From positions 393,700,001-393,764,000 of the forward strand of contig OZ024740.1 of NCBI GenBank assembly GCA_964016885.1: a stretch of 64,000 bases of DNA, written 5' to 3'. Positions 27,640 through 39,818 of this stretch are shown in pieces. The DNA comes from Eledone cirrhosa. Lineage: Eukaryota. The position numbers and the translations under genes were made by a program. A model generated the notes under the pieces. That model was not told the DNA's origin. It did no database searches and saw nothing but the letters and a program-made list of their open reading frames with translations. Each line of letters opens with the position of its first letter. Positions within the stretch are counted from its first letter, which is position 1.

Positions 27640-28320
27640 TCATCGTTTAATGTCTATTTTTCACGCTAACATGGGCTAGACGACAGTTGTTCCAATTTGA
27701 CCATGTCTCGCTCGTATAGGACTACCTGGCAGGTTTTCTACGGCTGGAAGCCCTTCCTAACACCAACCACATTTACAGTGTGGAACTGGGAACTTTTTAC
27801 TGTGTTACCTACACGGCCACATTACAGCGTGGACTGTGTTTTTTGTTGTGATACCTACACAATTTCGATCTCGATCTCATTTTCTCATTAGTTTGGACTG
27901 GGTGTTGTGGTACCAACTTTACGGAGAGAGGGTGGTGTTGGTGGGAGTGGGAGGATGGAGTAGGGGTAGTGGATTGGGGTGTATATTTGGTTAAGAGGTG
28001 CCTACTGACTGTAGGTTTCGCTTTGTACATAGGGAAGGCGGTCCTTCTGTATTACTGCGTGGCACCAAAGATCTCAGTCCAGTAACATTGTCTTAGAGAG
28101 GTGTAAGTGTGTAAGGTCAGAATTTATCAAATCGTCCCAGGTTTTTCTGGGTCTACCTACTCCATAACTTCCATCAATTTTGATTGCCCTGCACTTTTTT
28201 ATACAGCTGTCGTCTTTCATGCGCATCACGTAACCATACCAACGTAGTCTTCTCTCAAGTAAACAGCATTTGATCCCTCTTATTCCTAATTTCTCACTTA
28301 GTTCATTTATGTTTTGCCGT
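27640..28320 (-). mobile_element. RTE LINE 3' end (same family as 7813-8800)
   Basis: The minus strand reads RRLRWYGYVMRMKDDSCIKKCRA...GRPRKTWD, followed by the 3' UTR and tail. Confidence 0.8.
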
Positions 28321-28954
28321 TTATATATATATATATATAGAGAGAGAGAAGACCCGCCTTACCTAAATACAAAGTAAAAACCTACTACAGTCAGTAGGCA
28401 TCTCTATTAAAACACCCCCCCCCCCCGTCCCACCACCTCCACCCCATCCACACCGCCCCTTTCAATGTAAAGTTATGTTGGTCCCACAACATCCAGGCCG
28501 AAACAAATGAGATCGTGTAGGTGTCACGACAAAAAAACACACAGTCCACGCTGTAAATGTGGCCGTGTAGGCAACACGGTAAAAACCTCCCAGCCCCACA
28601 CTGTAAATGTGGTTGGTGTTAGGAAGGGCATCCAGCTGTAGAAAACCCGCCAGACAGTCCACGCTGTAATGTGGCCGTGTAGGCAACACGGTAAAAACCT
28701 CCCAGCCCCACGCTGTAAATGTGGTTGGTGTTAGGAAGGGCATCCAACTGTAGAAAACCCGCCAGACAGTCCTATGCGAGCAAGACAACCACTCTTGCCT
28801 CAAGTGGGAAAACCCCCGTCCAAACCCATGCAAGCGTGGAACACGGACGCTAAACCTGATGATGATGATGATGATGATGATATATATATATATAAGAAAT
28901 ATGATTTTTTTTAAATGAAAAAAAAATGAGATGTCCTACATGAGTGAAAGTATA

Positions 28955-29190
28955 AGGAAAAGAAATCGAAAATGGAGTCTTTTTAATAATATTTATTTGT
29001 TTCCTTTACCAGTTTCACAGTTCTTATGCTTTTCAACAGTAGAATTGAAATGGAGGGTTTGTGGTTTTTCTCGGATCTGCGAATCTCTCAATTCTACTTT
29101 TGAAAAGCATAAGAACTGCGAAACCGGTAAAGGAAACAAATAAATATTCTTAAAAAGACTCCATTTGCATTTTAGATTTCTTTTCCTTAT
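28955..29190. repeat. Inverted repeat (about 95-bp arms) with a hammerhead motif in each arm
   Basis: The arms are reverse complements around a ~38-bp spacer. Confidence 0.75.
29095..29134 (+). ncRNA. Minimal type I hammerhead motif, U3-A8 variant
   Basis: UUGAAAA-GCA(UAAGAAC)UGC-GAA-ACCGGU-A, with a palindromic stem III, a GUA cleavage triplet and a short stem I (CUU/AAG). Confidence 0.55.
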
Positions 29191-29290
29191 ATATATGTAT
29201 AAGAGATATTTAATTTGACATGACCAAGGATAACTTGAACCATTAAGGTATATCATCATTGGTCATATCAAATATTTATAAAACATTTTG

Positions 29291-29352
29291 TATTTTTTCT
29301 GATGATAGCGTACCAAAATTTTTGGTACTGTTGAAATATATATAATAGAATA
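29291..29352 (+). ncRNA. Type I hammerhead motif (family of 37000-37060)
   Basis: CUGAUGA-UAGCGUACCAA(AAUUU)UUGGUACUGUU-GAAA-UAUAUA-UA, with stem I from TATTTTTT/ATAGAATA. Confidence 0.55.
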
Positions 29353-29392
29353 AATATGGTTTTATAAATATAGTTTCCATTTATTTAATATC

Positions 29393-29437
<45 letters not shown>

Positions 29438-30207
29438 TACATATATAATTGTGTGTGTGTGTGTCAGTCATGTAGCTAAAAAAAAATAGTTCACTTTCCA
29501 ATCACTAGCCCTACATATGTCCTTGTAAATAGTTTTTTCTCCAAAGTTACTCATATATTTAATCCTGTATATTATACATATATTTGTACATATATTCATA
29601 TAATTATATCCGAGGAATAAATTATTAAAATGTCATTTGTATATTTAATTACTTCTATGTGACGCAGTAGACGAAGACCATGAAAAACATGGACAGAGGT
29701 GGTGAGAGTAGACCTCAGATCGCTGAAGCTCACGGAGGATATGATGAAGGACCGTGACAAGTGGAGAGATGCTGTGCTGAATAGGACCTGTCCCACTCTT
29801 GCAAGCAGGGAAAAGCGGACGTAAAATGATGATGTTGATGATGATGACAGTAATCAATGTAAACTATACAGTTTCTCTTATGCAAAACATTAATTTATGA
29901 AACAACAAATTCCCCAGTTTGTATGATTGTTAATATATCCAGTAATCCTTGTATATATGGCTTAGCAATCCTGAACCTCCAAAATTATTATGTTCAATGC
30001 TAATGCTGTCATTGTTAACTGCCAGGTCCACAAGTTTGCTATAATTACTCAGCAATTTCATACCAGCATATCTATTTTTGTGCTTATAATTTGACTTTGA
30101 TATTTGAAATAAAGGTTTTGTTGATCTTAAATATACAATATATTGTGGCAACACACACGCATCTCTGAGATTAAAATTATATGTACACACATAATTATAT
30201 GTATATA

Positions 30208-30259
<52 letters not shown>

Positions 30260-30371
30260 TATGTGTGTATGTATGTATGTATGGTCCTGTAACTCCTGAG
30301 GGATTCTCATACAGCATTTCTTGGTCATTTTAAGTCTGGCAAAGCCCATCCCTCTCCAGGCCTATATATAA

Positions 30372-30620
30372 ATTGTTATACTTTGGGAGGGTCATGCTGC
30401 CAATAAAAACACATGCACCTGTTAGTTTTAACTTAAATTTATTACAAATTTCCAGTTGGTTGGTTTAATAACTGGATGGTTATTCATTTATTGTCAAAGC
30501 TCTTTTGACACACATTCTGTGACCTCCTCAGTGACTAATTTGTTATTTTGTGTCTCTCCTTTGTTCTGTCCTACACCTCTTGTTTTTGTGTGTTGTGTAC
30601 ATGACTGTACTATTAAGACT
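30372..30620 (-). mobile_element. pLTR fragment of a second Penelope-like family
   Basis: Matches 43566-43830 and contains the HHR-like GUCA-CUGAGGA-G-GUCACA..UGUGUC-AAAAGAGCUU-UGAC. Confidence 0.65.
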
Positions 30621-31029
30621 TTTTTTCAGCCCTTTGTGATTCAACCACCGAATGGGTCAGTTCACTTTGTTTCATCTGTTATTAGTTCCAGGGTCATTGC
30701 TCGAACTAACATCAATTAATCTCTATTCCTCTTATGTTTACCTACCTATATGTATGCTGCATTTCATTGTAGCAATTCTCCTGTCCCATAATGATATGTA
30801 GATATTTTTTCTTGTTTATGTTTCCATCCCGAATAGCTACCTTCCTTTAGATATTGATGCACTGGAAAGAACAGTTCTGTGTTTTAGATATTGATGCACT
30901 GGAAAGAACAGTTCTGTGTTTTGAAGCATCCAAAATTATAATGAATCTGAGAAGACAGTCAATGAGTGAGAACTGTCCCTGTGTCCAACAATTCTGAATT
31001 TTTGGGGACTTTTATATATATTTCATTCC

Positions 31030-31462
31030 AAACATCATTGCATGTATACTGTTAGTATGCTTGTATGCAGGAGCATGGATGAGTTGAGAGGAAAGATGGG
31101 TATCAAAGATACCAGTTATAGTGTACAAGAGAGAAGGGTTTGCTGGTTTAGACATATGATGCATATGGAGAATGTCAGTTGTATAAAGTGCTGAATTTGA
31201 CGTTCATGGAACATATAGAATAAGTAGACCTAGGAAGACATGGGATGAAGTGGTGAAAACTGACCTCATGTAGCTGAACCTCATAACAGAAATTTCAAAG
31301 GACCACAATGCTTGGTGGCTCATAATGCTGGTAAAGACCCATCCACTATGGCAAGCAGGATTCCCTATACATGCACAAGAAACAAATGAAGAAATCTGGT
31401 CTGTGAGGGGACTCATCTAACCAATGTGAGCATAGAAAAGCAAATATAAAAACAATGATGAT
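31030..31462 (+). mobile_element. Degenerate RTE LINE 3' fragment
   Basis: VQERRVCWFRHMMHM...RPRKTWDEVVKTDL, followed by a family-type tail. Confidence 0.65.
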
Positions 31463-31729
31463 TTCTCAGTTACTTTCAATCCACTGTTGAATGAACTCAC
31501 AAAGAGTGAGAACAGATACTGCAAAATATATCGCCCAAACTCGGACAATTTTATGAAATTGCCACCCTGAATTGATACTTGTAATTTATCGGATCAAAAA
31601 GAATGAAAGGCAAATTTGACTACAGTGGTATTTGAACTTGGAGTGCAGAGCCAGAACAAATACCTCTAGGCATTTAATCCAATATGCCCTATTGACTCTG
31701 CCAATCCACCAATATATAATTATTTCGTC

Positions 31730-32440
31730 TTGAGTTCAACTTTGACTTTTACCCTTCTGAGGTAAAATTAAAGTACCAGTTAGAGTACTGAAGATACCAA
31801 ATAGGAAAATTGCTGGCCTTGTTCTTAAATTAGAAACCAGTTCGAATCCAGCTGCAATCAACTTTGCTTGTCTTCCTTCTGTAAATCGATAAAATACTTG
31901 CCAAGTACTGAGGTCAATTTAATCGACTGTTACTTCCCTTCAAATTGCTAGCTTTTTGGTTAAATTAGAGGATCGGGCGCCATGCTTTGCAGCATAGAGT
32001 TACAGCCCTTTACGGTCTGATTTCAAATTCCGCCAAGGTTAACTTTGCCTTCCATCCTTAAGGGGTCGTATACAATAAAGCACCAGTAATGCACTGTGAT
32101 AATTGCTGGCCTTGTGCCAAAAGTAGAAACAATTATTCTTATTATGTCCCTTTACGTTCCGAGTTAACTTTGCCTTTCATTCTTACGAAGTCGATAAATT
32201 AAGATACCAAGCTTTGTGCTTAAACCAAGAAGCATTACTTTTACAGAAAAAGGGCGGCGGATTGGCAGTATCGGTAGAGGGTCGGACGTTATGCTTTCCA
32301 GCATAGTTATGTCCCTTTACGATCTGAGTTCAAATCCCGCCGAGGTTGACTTTGCCTTTCATCCTTACGGGGTCGATGAAATAAAGTACCAGTAACGCAC
32401 TGGGTAATTGCTGGCCTTGTGCCTAAAGTAGAAACAATTA
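31730..32440 (+). mobile_element. Cluster of SINE family B copies of different ages; youngest full copy at 32252-32440
   Basis: At least five partial or full copies of the GAGTTCAA...CTTTGCCTTTCATCC...GCTGGCCTTGT unit in the same orientation. Confidence 0.75.
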
Positions 32441-32749
32441 TTTTTACAGAAAAAGAGAAACACGCCCAGATTATCGGATGTACACGAAACATTTACAGGT
32501 CACTTTTTTCTAGACATTTTCTAAAATTAAGATACATTATGTACCGTGATTTAAATTTGCCACATGCAAAGAGAGGGCGAGAGAAGCTGACTAAACAAAA
32601 CAAAACAGTTGTAAAGAAATGATCGGACTACTGTCAGTTTAAAATTTGTGCATACTATTTTTATCCGAGGAAAAACCAGAACAGAAAAATAAAGGAAAAC
32701 ACAAAAACATTTGCTTCTAGTACAAAAGTATATTTTTGTTATTCTACTA

Positions 32750-33337
32750 AGTCTGGAAAAATTACGTAGCGGCGGCTTAAACTCAACACGACGGTAATGT
32801 GAAATTTCGAACAAGCAGGCAGATGTTTACCGAAAATATTTCGGGCGGCGGGGGGACATGTGTAACTAAATAAATACACGCTAAAATCGATGATGACAGC
32901 GAAGGATGAGAAAGAAAGAACACAGCAAATAGACTAATTAATTAAAGAAAACAACAGTTGTGAATGAAAAGTTGACAAACATCAGTGTAGCAGCGGTGCC
33001 GATGTTACAAGACGGAATCTATTATACTCACCAAGTATAAAACTGCATACATTTTAAAGGACTCCTTAAAGCCATGCTTCGCTATATCTTTGTAGGCATG
33101 AAAACAGTAAGGGTTCCAAGTGTGTCCTACTTCGTAGCAGCTGTAATTAAGAGACATGGGCTTACTGAGGTTCGCCATTTTAAACTTTGACCTTTGCTTG
33201 TTTTTTAACCAATCAACTTCCGTTAGTTTATTAACTTCATTCTTCTGCTTACATTTGGCGTCTGTGGATACCTGTTTTGAGAATAGCTTCAACAATTATT
33301 ACGATTTTTATCAATGCAGTCGGGTAAAGCTAGCGAG

Positions 33338-33340
<3 letters not shown>
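32750..33340 (-). promoter_or_regulatory. CpG-retaining 5' region / probable promoter-proximal zone of TMEM135
   Basis: CpG density rises around exon 1 relative to the intron, and there is a GC-box-like GGGCGGCGGGGG near 32843. The TSS is not determined. Confidence 0.4.
33032..33178 (-). CDS. TMEM135: First coding exon of transmembrane protein 135 (TMEM135/PMP52-like)
   Basis: Translates to MANLSKPMSLNYSCYEVGHTWNPYCFHAYKDIAKHGFKESFKMYAVLYL (49 codons). This matches the remembered TMEM135 N-terminus (MAALSK...CYEIGHTW.P.C....ESLKIYAPLYL). It ends at a canonical phase-0 donor TTG|GTGAGT. I could not identify downstream exons in the window. Confidence 0.88.
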
Positions 33341-33376
<36 letters not shown>

Positions 33377-34481
33377 CTAATATGCCACTATATCTATCTA
33401 TATTAGTAAATAGAAGTTTTTAAATATACATACATAAAAGATAAAGACACGGAAGTATATACATGCACGTCTATCTGTACACATATTTAATATATATGTG
33501 CTTCCATCCACACACACACACATAGATAGATATACGTGTATGTATACACACTTGTATATATATATAAGTGTATGTATATATATAAGCATATAACAATATG
33601 CCCCACCACCACCACAATGCCAAGTGGTCGTGGTGGTGCCACGGCAAAAAAGGACCCAGGCCACACTGTAAAGTGGACGTGCAGGCGTCATGGAAAAAAA
33701 CCACCCAGCTCTCACTGTAAATGAGGAAGGGCATCCAGCTGTAGAAAGCAGGACAGAATCAGTTTCAGTACGAGCAAGACAAGGTCAGCCAACCGGACAC
33801 TGCCCATAACAGGACAACCCGTCTAACCCATGCTAGCATGGAAGAACGGACGTAAAACGGTGATATATATATATAATAATAATAATAATAAGTTGATGAG
33901 ACTAGCATGAGTTTCACTGCTAGTACCAGTTGCATCTCAGCGTATTCAATAGGTAATGTTAAGTAAAATCCCAGAGTATACACATAGTTATTCGCTTTCA
34001 CAAAACATGTTAATGGGTATATGGGTACCTTCAATTTATACCTGAACTCAAGTTTCTGCCACATTTAATATATATATATATATATGGGGAGTATGCATAT
34101 ATATGGCGCATGAATCATCATCATTATCATCATCATCGTTTAACGTCTATCTTCCACGCTAGCATGGATTAGAATATATATATAAATAATTGTTTCTACT
34201 TTAGGCACAAGGCCAGCAAATTACCCAGTACATTACTGGTACTTTATTTTATCGACCCCGTAAGGATGAAAGGCAAAGTTAACGTCGGCGGGATTTGAAC
34301 TCAGACTGTAAAGGGATGTAACTATGCTAGAAAGCATGGCGTCCAACCCTCTACCGATACTGCCAATTCACTGCCCTTTAATATGTGACATATCATATAA
34401 TCATCTGCATCTTATATATACATATATGTGTCTGTAGGGGAAGGTATGTATATAAAACATCAGTATCATCTACATCTTATA

Positions 34482-34517
<36 letters not shown>

Positions 34518-35009
34518 TTCATCATCATATCGATTAACGTCTATCTTCCACGCTAGCATGGGTTAGACGGGTTTATCCCATTTAGAGGCAAGTTGGGTCG
34601 GGTGACCGTGTCTTGCTCATACAGGAGTGTTTCTAGCTGGTTTTCTACGGCTGGATGCCCTTCCTAACACCAACCACATTGACAGTGTGGGCTGGGTGCT
34701 TTATGCTGTGTCTTTTACACGTCCACTTTACAGTGTGGGCTGGATATTATGTGGTACCAGCATAATACAGACACACACACACACATATATATACATGCAT
34801 ATATCATAATAATGATATATATAATATACATACACATATCATACATATATATACACACTTCATATATATACCCATATATATATATCATCAATCTCGTTGT
34901 TTAACGTCCATCATTCATAGGTAGGATGGATTGACCCTTAGGGAAGAAAACAGGTCAGAGGACCATTGTTTAGCTCACTCAGGGCAGATTTTTGGCTTTG
35001 TATCTACAG

Positions 35010-36005
35010 CTGGGTGCCCCTCCTACTGTTAACCACATTTACAGTGTGTGCTGGGTGCTTTTTGTCATGTCACCTACACAACCACTTTATAGTGTGAACT
35101 GGGCACTTGTCATGACGCCTACACGACCACTTTACAGTGTGGACTGGCCACTTTTTGTTGTGACACCTACACAACCACTTTACAGTGTGGACTGGGCACT
35201 TTTTGTCGTGATACCTACACGACCACTTTACAGTGTGGACTGGGTGCTTTTTGTTATGGCACCTAGACGACCACTTTATAGTGTGAACTGGGCACTTGTC
35301 ATGACGCCTACACGACCACTTTACAGTGTGGACTGGCCACTTTTTGTTGTGACACCTACACAACCACTTTACAGTGTGGACTGGGCACTTTTTGCTTTTT
35401 GTCGTGATACCTATACAACCACTTTACAGTGTGGACTGGGTGCTTTTTGTTATGGCACCTAGACGACCACTTTACAGTGTGGACTGGGTGCTTTTTGTCG
35501 TGATACCTACACGACCACTTTACAGTGTGGACTGGGCACTTTTTGTCATGGCACCTAGACGACCAATTTACAGTGTGGACTGGGTGCTTTTTGTTATGGC
35601 ACCTAGACGACCACTTTACAGTGTGGACTGGGTGCTTTTTGTCATGGCACCTAGACGACAACTTTACAGTGTGGACTGGGTGCTTTTTGTCATGGCACCT
35701 AGACGACCACTTTACAGTGTGGACTGGGTGCTTTTTGTCGTGGCACCTAGACGACAACTTTACAGTGTGGACTGGGCACTTTTTGTCATGGCACCTAGAC
35801 GACCACTTTACAGTGTGGGCTGGGTGCTTTTTGTTATGGCACCTAGACGACCACTTTACAGTGTGGACTGGGTGCTTTTTGTCATGGCACCTAGACGACC
35901 ACTTTACAGTGTGGACTGGGTGCTTTTTGTCGTGATACCTACACGACCACTTTACAGTGTGAACTGGGCACCTTTGTCTTGTCACCGACATGACCACTTT
36001 ACAGT
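35010..36005. repeat. ~46-bp minisatellite (about 21 copies) amplified within an RTE 3' UTR
   Basis: Unit ACCACTTTACAGTGTGGACTGGGTGCTTTTTGTCATGGCACCTAGACG. The same module is present once or twice in the RTE and SINE 3' regions. Confidence 0.9.
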
Positions 36006-36099
36006 GGGGACTTGGGATTAGGGAGTGGGGAAGAAGCTTGGGAAAATTGTGGACAGGGTAGTAGGGGGAGGTATAAAAGTTGAATGAGAGAGAAGAAGG

Positions 36100-36760
36100 T
36101 TGAGGAAGGTATTGCCTATTAGGTATAAGCCTCAGCCTGAGAATAATAGAGAGCAAGTCTTCTGTAGAATTCTGTGTCATCTCTGTGAGGCTCGCCATTT
36201 TGAAGTCAACCTTTACAACATTGTCCCATGTTCTCTTGACTTTGAGTACCTTACCTTTCATTGTGCAACTCTATCTTTTATACACATCACATGTGCATAT
36301 TGATACATAGTCATCTCTTGCACACTGCAGCTGATCCCTTGTATGCTTGGTTTTTCTCTTAGCCCATTATTGTTTTGCTGTTCTTGCACACTACTATTAC
36401 ACATATATTGGAGTATATTTGCCTTGGTTTTTTTTTCAGTCTTTGCAAAATCATCAAAACACAAAGCCCAAATCTCGCTCCAATGTGACTTTGTAGTTTG
36501 CACTCAGGTATCATACAATCTGCCTTTCACACTAAGATAAAACTCCTTTGAAGCCAGCAGAAGTAGTACTCTCTGAACCTTTTCCAACCAGTTTTCACCA
36601 TAGCTATTGTACTAATATGGTCACTCAGGTAGCAGAAACTGTCTACTATATCTAGGGAGCCATGTGTGCATTTACCTGATGGTGTCTGAGTCATCTCCTG
36701 TTTCCTGCTTACTAAAACTTTAGTTTTTGTTAAATTTACTTTGAGACATTTTGATTCCAC
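36100..36760 (-). mobile_element. Degenerate RTE LINE fragment, upstream part of the element carrying the minisatellite
   Basis: LKVNLTKTKVLVS...IVDSFCYL...KTGWKRFRE...RTWDNVVKVDF. Confidence 0.7.
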
Positions 36761-36829
36761 ATGGGAAGATTATGGAAGGGTGAGGGGGAGAAGTGGTGCA
36801 TACTAGAGACGATATATATGTGTGTGTAT

Positions 36830-36874
<45 letters not shown>

Positions 36875-36971
36875 TAGAAGGGGTATTTAATTTGTTGGAA
36901 GTCCGACAAATATAAATGTTTATAACTGATTTAGAGCACTCAACAAGTTAGTGGAGTAAATATTCAATGAA

Positions 36972-38292
36972 ATGGAAACTATATTTATAAAACCATATTT
37001 ATTTTATTATATATATTTCAAGGGTACCAAAACATTGGTACGCTTTCCTCAGATAAAATACAAAGTTTGTTTTATAAATAGAGACATACCCATGAAAATC
37101 ATACCTTATCGGTTGGATATTCTCAGGATAGTGGAAATATATTATTGATTTTTCAAACTTATGGGTGAATATGCAAATGAATATGTAAATAATTGAAAAA
37201 CAACCGTTTATTTAAACGAATATGGAGAGAGAGAGAGAAGAGATAAGAGGAGAAGGATAAAATAGTGCAAGAGAGAGAAGAAAGAAAAAAAGGGAAGATA
37301 AATAAAAACTTTGAGGAAGATATATTCTAAGTATATATCTTAATAGTACATGTATTTACGATTATTAGTTGTTTAAAATTTGTTTTAAATTTGTTTATAA
37401 TATAATATATTTCTTCAGTTATAAATAAAATATAATATTTTTCTTCAGTAAATAAATAAATAAATAAATAAGTAAATAAATAAATAAATAGATGGGTATA
37501 TCATGTTATAGATAATTGTTCTAATGAGTTATGAGGATATTGGTTTTGTATTTTATGTAAATAAATATTAAGTTAAATTAAATTAAATTAACTGAGTTAA
37601 GAAGAATATTTATATTTATATGATTGAGAATAGGAAAATACGGAAACAACTCCGGTTTAATTTATTTATTCGTTAGTGTGAGACTATTTAGTCAAAATAA
37701 GTATAGATGTTGAAGATACATTTAGCCAGAATCAGTTAGTGGTTATAAATCTATTGAAAAAATATTAAAAAAATATTAATATTTATTTACATAAAATATT
37801 GAAAAAATATTAATATTTATTTACATAAAATACAAAACCAAAATCCCTCATAACTCATTAGAACAATTTTATAACTGAAGAAAAATATTATATTATAAAC
37901 AAATTAAAAAAAAATTTTAAACAACTAATAATCGTAAATCACGTACTATTAAGATATATACTTAGAATATATCTCCCTCAAAGTTTTTATTCATCTTCTT
38001 TCTTCTCTCTCGCACTATTTTATCCTTCTCTTATCTCTTCTCTCTCTCCATAGTCGTTTAAATAAAAGGTTGTTTTTCAATTATTTACATATTCATTTGC
38101 ATATTCACCCATAAGTTTGAAAAATCCCTAATATATTTCCACTATCCAGAGAATATCCAACCGATAAGGTATGATTTTCATGGGTCTGTCTCTATTTATA
38201 AAACAAACTTTGTATTTTATCTGAGGAAAGCGTACCAATGTGTTTTGGTACCCTTGAAATAAATATGGTTTTATAAATATAGTTTCCGTTTA
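36972..38292. repeat. Large inverted repeat (about 500-600-bp arms) of a hammerhead-bearing, PLE-type non-coding unit
   Basis: 36972-37571 is the reverse complement of about 37810-38292, with indels. Both flanks are near (TA)n. Confidence 0.8.
37000..37060 (-). ncRNA. Complete type I hammerhead motif
   Basis: UAUUUUAU-CUGAGGA-AAGCGUACCAA(UGUU)UUGGUACCCUU-GAAA-UAUAUA-UA|AUAAAAUA. It has a perfect 8-bp stem I, an extended stem II, a palindromic minimal stem III and an AUA triplet. Confidence 0.7.
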
Positions 38293-38303
38293 TATAATAT
38301 CAT

Positions 38304-38402
<99 letters not shown>

Positions 38403-38539
38403 CGAATGAAGTGTGGTAAGGAACCAGGTGGACCATAATGCACCAGAGTACTCAATACTTAGGGTAGTAGAGTGGGTAATAGGAAATTGTAAAAGAGCTC
38501 AAGCCGTTTCGACGGCTATTTCTGGACTATATATATATA

Positions 38540-38642
<103 letters not shown>

Positions 38643-38788
38643 TCATCATCATCATCATCGTTTAAAGTTCATCTTCCATGCCAGCATGGGTTGGACAAAT
38701 ATATATATTTGCATATCATCATCATCACTGTTTAACGTCCATTTTTCTACATTGTGTATTTACACACACACACACACACACACACATT

Positions 38789-38858
<70 letters not shown>

Positions 38859-39223
38859 TTTATATATATGCATTACATATATGCAGATCTCGCTCTCTAT
38901 CTATATACTACTAAAACTCTGTGATTGTGTCTTGTTTGTATTTAAATATAACCAAAACAGCACAAAATGGGAGAATACTTTGAAAGTTGCCCCTGGAATG
39001 GAATAAAACAAGTTTTGCGTAAACTGGAGTAGAGGTTCCCGAGATACAGGAAAAACCCTGTATCTCGGGAACCTCAGAGAGAGAGAGAAGGAGATAGGAA
39101 AGGAAAATGATGGTGTTGTTGAAGGAAATTATAACAGGTGACTTCAAAGAATCGAATACAGCATTACCGTTTCTGTGTGTAGAGAATATTTCCTGCTAAA
39201 TAGGAGGGGTTTCTATGTATGTC

Positions 39224-39298
<75 letters not shown>

Positions 39299-39458
39299 TA
39301 GAATTGGAGCTCTGAAATAGCAATATATATATGGATGTATATATAATGTATTTTGCAATACACTTTATGCTTAATTAAAAGCATTTTGAAGACCGTAAGC
39401 TATTGTTTTAAAGTAGTGACAAATTCACTCACTTTGATCTCAGCAAACAGGGGAGATA

Positions 39459-39502
39459 AGCCGACAAGACTTGTTTCGCTTTGGTTGAAGCTTATCAAGG
39501 CC
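39459..39502 (-). ncRNA. Type I hammerhead ribozyme, U3-A8 variant (unit 1)
   Basis: GGCC-UUGAUAA-GCUU(CAACCA)AAGC-GAA-ACAA(GUC)UUGU-C|GGCU. Stem I extends over 39435-39529 and is closed by TGATCTCAG/CTGAGATCA. Confidence 0.75.
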
Positions 39503-39774
39503 AACTACCCCACCTGTCTACTGAGATCATTGATGTTATATTCCTATAGAAATCTAGTAAATAATCAGGAGCTGATTATGCAGAGCGGTTGTTGGTCAGG
39601 CAGAAATTAAAAATTAGAATTGGAGCTCTGAAATAGCAATATATATATGGATGTATATATAATGTATTTTGCAATACACTTTATGCTTAATTAAAAGCAT
39701 TTTGAAGACCGTAAGCTATTGTTTTAAAGTAGTGACAAATTCACTCACTTTGATCTCAGCAAACAGGGGAGATA

Positions 39775-39818
39775 AGCCGACAAGACTTGTTTCGCTTTGG
39801 TTGAAGCTTATCAAGGCC
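39775..39818 (-). ncRNA. Type I hammerhead ribozyme (unit 2)
   Basis: Identical to 39459-39502, offset 316. Confidence 0.75.

Noticed and set aside
35010-36005. Possible CRISPR array, or the 215-301-aa repetitive ORFs over it
   Set aside because: There are no unique spacers, the context is eukaryotic and no cas genes are present. The ORFs are by-products of a stop-poor tandem repeat.
38490-38525. Hammerhead on the minus strand (GCCGTCGAAACGGC)
   Set aside because: Only a GAAAC half is present, with no CUGANGA box upstream.
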